DNA of 64,000 nt from the NCBI GenBank assembly GCA_964016885.1, contig OZ024741.1:129580001-129644000 (forward strand). The letters run 5' to 3'. The notes beneath the pieces are model-generated. The model ran no database searches, was not told the origin of the DNA, and saw only the letters and a list, made by a program, of their open reading frames with translations. Positions within the stretch are counted from its first letter, which is position 1. Each line of letters begins with the position of its first letter. Shown one piece after another: positions 60,952 to 64,000 of this stretch. A program made the position numbers and the translations under genes. Origin of the DNA: Eledone cirrhosa. Its lineage: Eukaryota.

Positions 60952-61909
60952 GAAAGAGAAATAAAGTAAGAGTATGTAAGACCAGGAGAGAGAGAGAGAG
61001 AGTAACAGTCTGTAGACTCCAAGGGGTCTGTACAAAGCAAATGTTTTACATTGTTACTCTATCAGGAACTGCTCCACACTGCTTCTTGCTTGGTCTAAGA
61101 CAGGCTATTTATATCTGTCGCTTCTTTTGTCCTCTGCCTTGAGAACCACCGGAGTGACCTCGAGAGATCGCCGACGCACAGACTTGTTTACGCCAAAAAG
61201 GAGGTAACCCAGAATTTGACCGTCAAATGTCACCTAGGGGGTCAAGGTGTGGACAGATTTCGATACAAATCTACTACATTTTATGACTTCACTAAAGACT
61301 GCCAAGGACCAGGTGATGGTGTTATATCTTATATCTACTACATTTGATGATTCTACTCTGAAGTATAGGTGCTGTTAAACTGGATAACAATGCCCCCCCA
61401 CACACACACACACAAAAACGATGGACCTCCTTTTGTTTCGTCGATGATTATTTTAGTTGTTTGAACAACAAAACAGCTCCTCGTGAAATTAACGTGTAAG
61501 TGGCTGAGGATTCTAGTTACGAGTACCCATAATATAGGTCTCAGGGAAATTCAGTGGCACAGTGTTAGACAAGACTGGCTCTTTATATTAGAGGTATAGT
61601 TCATTTGGTAGGTTTTCAAACAGTTTCTATTTACCGATTGTCACACACAAGGCATGGGTTAACCCATATCTATGGTAAATCACACTTTCCTAAGACGCTA
61701 CGTAGTGGTCCCGAATACCTGACCTAATGATTGTGAAACGAGTCTCTTAACCTTTCAACCATAGTGTGTACATACATACTGGATGACATGTCTGTTACAT
61801 AATTGTTTGTCTGCCTGCCTATCTGTTTCTCTGTCAGTCTGTATGTGAATATTTATATGTATGTTTACATGTATATTTGTATATATGTATGTAAGTATAT
61901 ATATATTTT

Positions 61910-62970
61910 TTGTGGAGCGAGGGACTCCTAGTCTTCATTAAGACATCTCTCTAGGAGAAGGTCACTCTGATATAAAACCCGTGACTTTGTTTGCATCCAA
62001 TGATGTAGACCTGTTCTACTTTTTGGGTAAATACATTCGATGTTCAGAGAGTGGGATTGGCTCCGTGCAAAGCCTTTCCTCACTTAAAAAAACTTCAAGC
62101 ACAGGCATCGCTGGATATGTGACATTTTTTGCGACGAATGGCATTGCTGGCCATAGGCAAGTCTCTAGCAAGACTAAAAGCCACGTCTGTGATGATCATG
62201 CTTAAGTATCAAGCGATGGCATTACTTGAAATCGAGTTGCAGCCATCATATATATTTGTATGTATAAAGGCCTCAATACAAACCGAAAATGAGGTACAAG
62301 GACAGCATCAAGAACAATTTCAAAGCGCTGGGATTTGATATAGACAACTGGGGAGAATTAACTTTCAATAGGGCTGAGTGGAGAAAGCTCATAAGGGGCA
62401 GTTGCAAAACCTTTGAGGAATGTTGTTTAGAACATAAACAACCGAAGTGTCAGCTCCGAAAGAGTTGTGCTCACAGTCTTGATGAAGTCATCAGATGTTG
62501 GACATGCAAATTCTGTCAGCGTTTACTCCTCTCGAAAGCTGGTTATGTTAACCACCTGACGTCACATGAAAGAATGACCACCCTCAACACCACCCAACAA
62601 AGACCTGGCGAAATAACTTGCGTGATATGCAACAAAGTGTGTAGAACTTGTTCCTGACTAAAAAAAAAACACATGGTAGTGCATAAAGATTGTGTCCCAA
62701 TGTTGACCCCACCGGTCCTCTGGAAAGCACAGCTCTCTTCTGTTGGCTGTGCCGTAAAACATGCAGATCTACCGGTGGTCATCATAGTCATCTATGAAGT
62801 CATGGACGCGGATGGGATGACAATGAAGAATCAATAAGAGACGGCAACCGCCTGTGAAGACGATGCAATCCTCATGTATGTATGTATGTATGTATGTATG
62901 TATGTATGTATGTATGTATGTATGTATGTATGTATGTATGTATGTATGTATGTATGTATGTATGTATGTG
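61910..62970 (+). mobile_element. RTE/BovB-like deletion derivative with C-terminal C2H2 fingers and (ATGT)n tail
   Basis: RYKDSIKNNFK...WGEL...R.EWRK; CKFC..(12)..H..SH; CVIC; ends in (TATG)n. Confidence 0.6.
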
Positions 62971-64000
62971 CAGTGCCTTTGCTCACTATAAAAGCTTAAC
63001 GGCACAGGCATTGCTTTATATTTGGAGATCTCTCTGCACTTGTCGTCACATGGTACCATGGGCCCAGCACTATGTGTCAATAATTGTCACAAGTGTAGTG
63101 TTTGTACCAGAGTTTTCAAGTCACTGGCTGGACTAAAAAGTCACACTCGTTCAGCGCATCGGTAGGGGTTCTCCTACATGGATATAAAGTAGTGGCCGTA
63201 CTCGAAAACGAGTTGGCAGTCACCATGTATGTATGTATGTATGTATGTATGTATGTATGTATGTATGTATGTATGTATGTATGTATGTATGCATGTATGT
63301 AGGTAACTGTAACTCCTGGTGGAGTTGTGGAGGTGTCGCCATGACATACGGTGTATATTGAGCACTTGAAGCCGGGTGGAGCCCATCTCCTCTCCTGGTC
63401 AGAACGCTACTGATTTCTTCCAGATATGTTGAGAAAGAGAGAGAGCGAGAGAGAGGGGGGAGGGGGGGGGAGAGAAAGAGATCTAGCTGAAGGATCGACG
63501 CCAGTATTGAACTAGTAATTTTTTTTTATCGACAACGAATAAATGAAAGGCATTTGACTATTATACACCTTTTATTCTACTAAAGACAGCTCAAAGTGTG
63601 TGTGTGTTCAACAAGGCGACGGATTTTGTCTAGTATTATCTTACCATTTTTGTGCATTAATCTTCTCCAAATCATTCTAATGTCCGACAAAAGACAACAA
63701 TAAACAGTTAATCGGAGATGTTTTAAGTTTATTTCCTTTCATTATGATTTTATCGTATTTATTATGTCACCGAATCAAGCAGTATACTATCAGTGCATTT
63801 ATCGTACACATTTGTTGCTCTTGCACTCGTTGCAACGAGAGCAGTAAGTGCAACGAATGCACATATTAAAATAAAAGGTTGGGGTGTAGATACTGGAATA
63901 AATGTCAACGAGAAATTATATATAAATATGATGCCAATTGTCTGGATGTTTGATAGCAGTTGATTGTCTTCTTTCTCACACACAAAACATAAAATGTCTT

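Noticed and set aside
62289-62657. Host C2H2 zinc-finger gene
   Set aside because: Continuous with the RTE C-terminal motif, contains a stop, and ends in a simple-repeat tail

Overview
AT-rich, microsatellite-dense eukaryotic (animal) genomic DNA. The repeat repertoire looks mollusc/cephalopod-like, but that is an inference. The only host gene is a 4-exon enkurin (ENKUR) homologue on the minus strand (CDS 30794->4588, about 270 aa), with RFX X-box and forkhead motifs upstream. Its introns hold RTE-type LINEs, modular tRNA-derived SINEs, a Chapaev3-like and a pogo-like DNA transposon, a non-autonomous Helitron and Penelope-like repeats carrying hammerhead-ribozyme motifs. The standout feature is a ~25 kb array (32.0-57.5 kb) starting about 1.2 kb upstream of the enkurin ATG. 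Here a single (ATT)n microsatellite has been split by seven non-LTR retrotransposon insertions from two unrelated families. Two are full-length Tx1/L1-clade (APE) elements, both on +. Five are R4/Dong-like (RLE) elements, all on -. One copy of each family has intact reading frames. A 59-bp Tx1 3'-end fragment nested inside Tx1 copy 2 shows the family's target geometry. The Tx1 element also has a structured 5' UTR and a possible 53-nt intron that would fuse ORF1 to ORF2 in frame. Family assignments rest on motif recognition by eye; no database searches were run.
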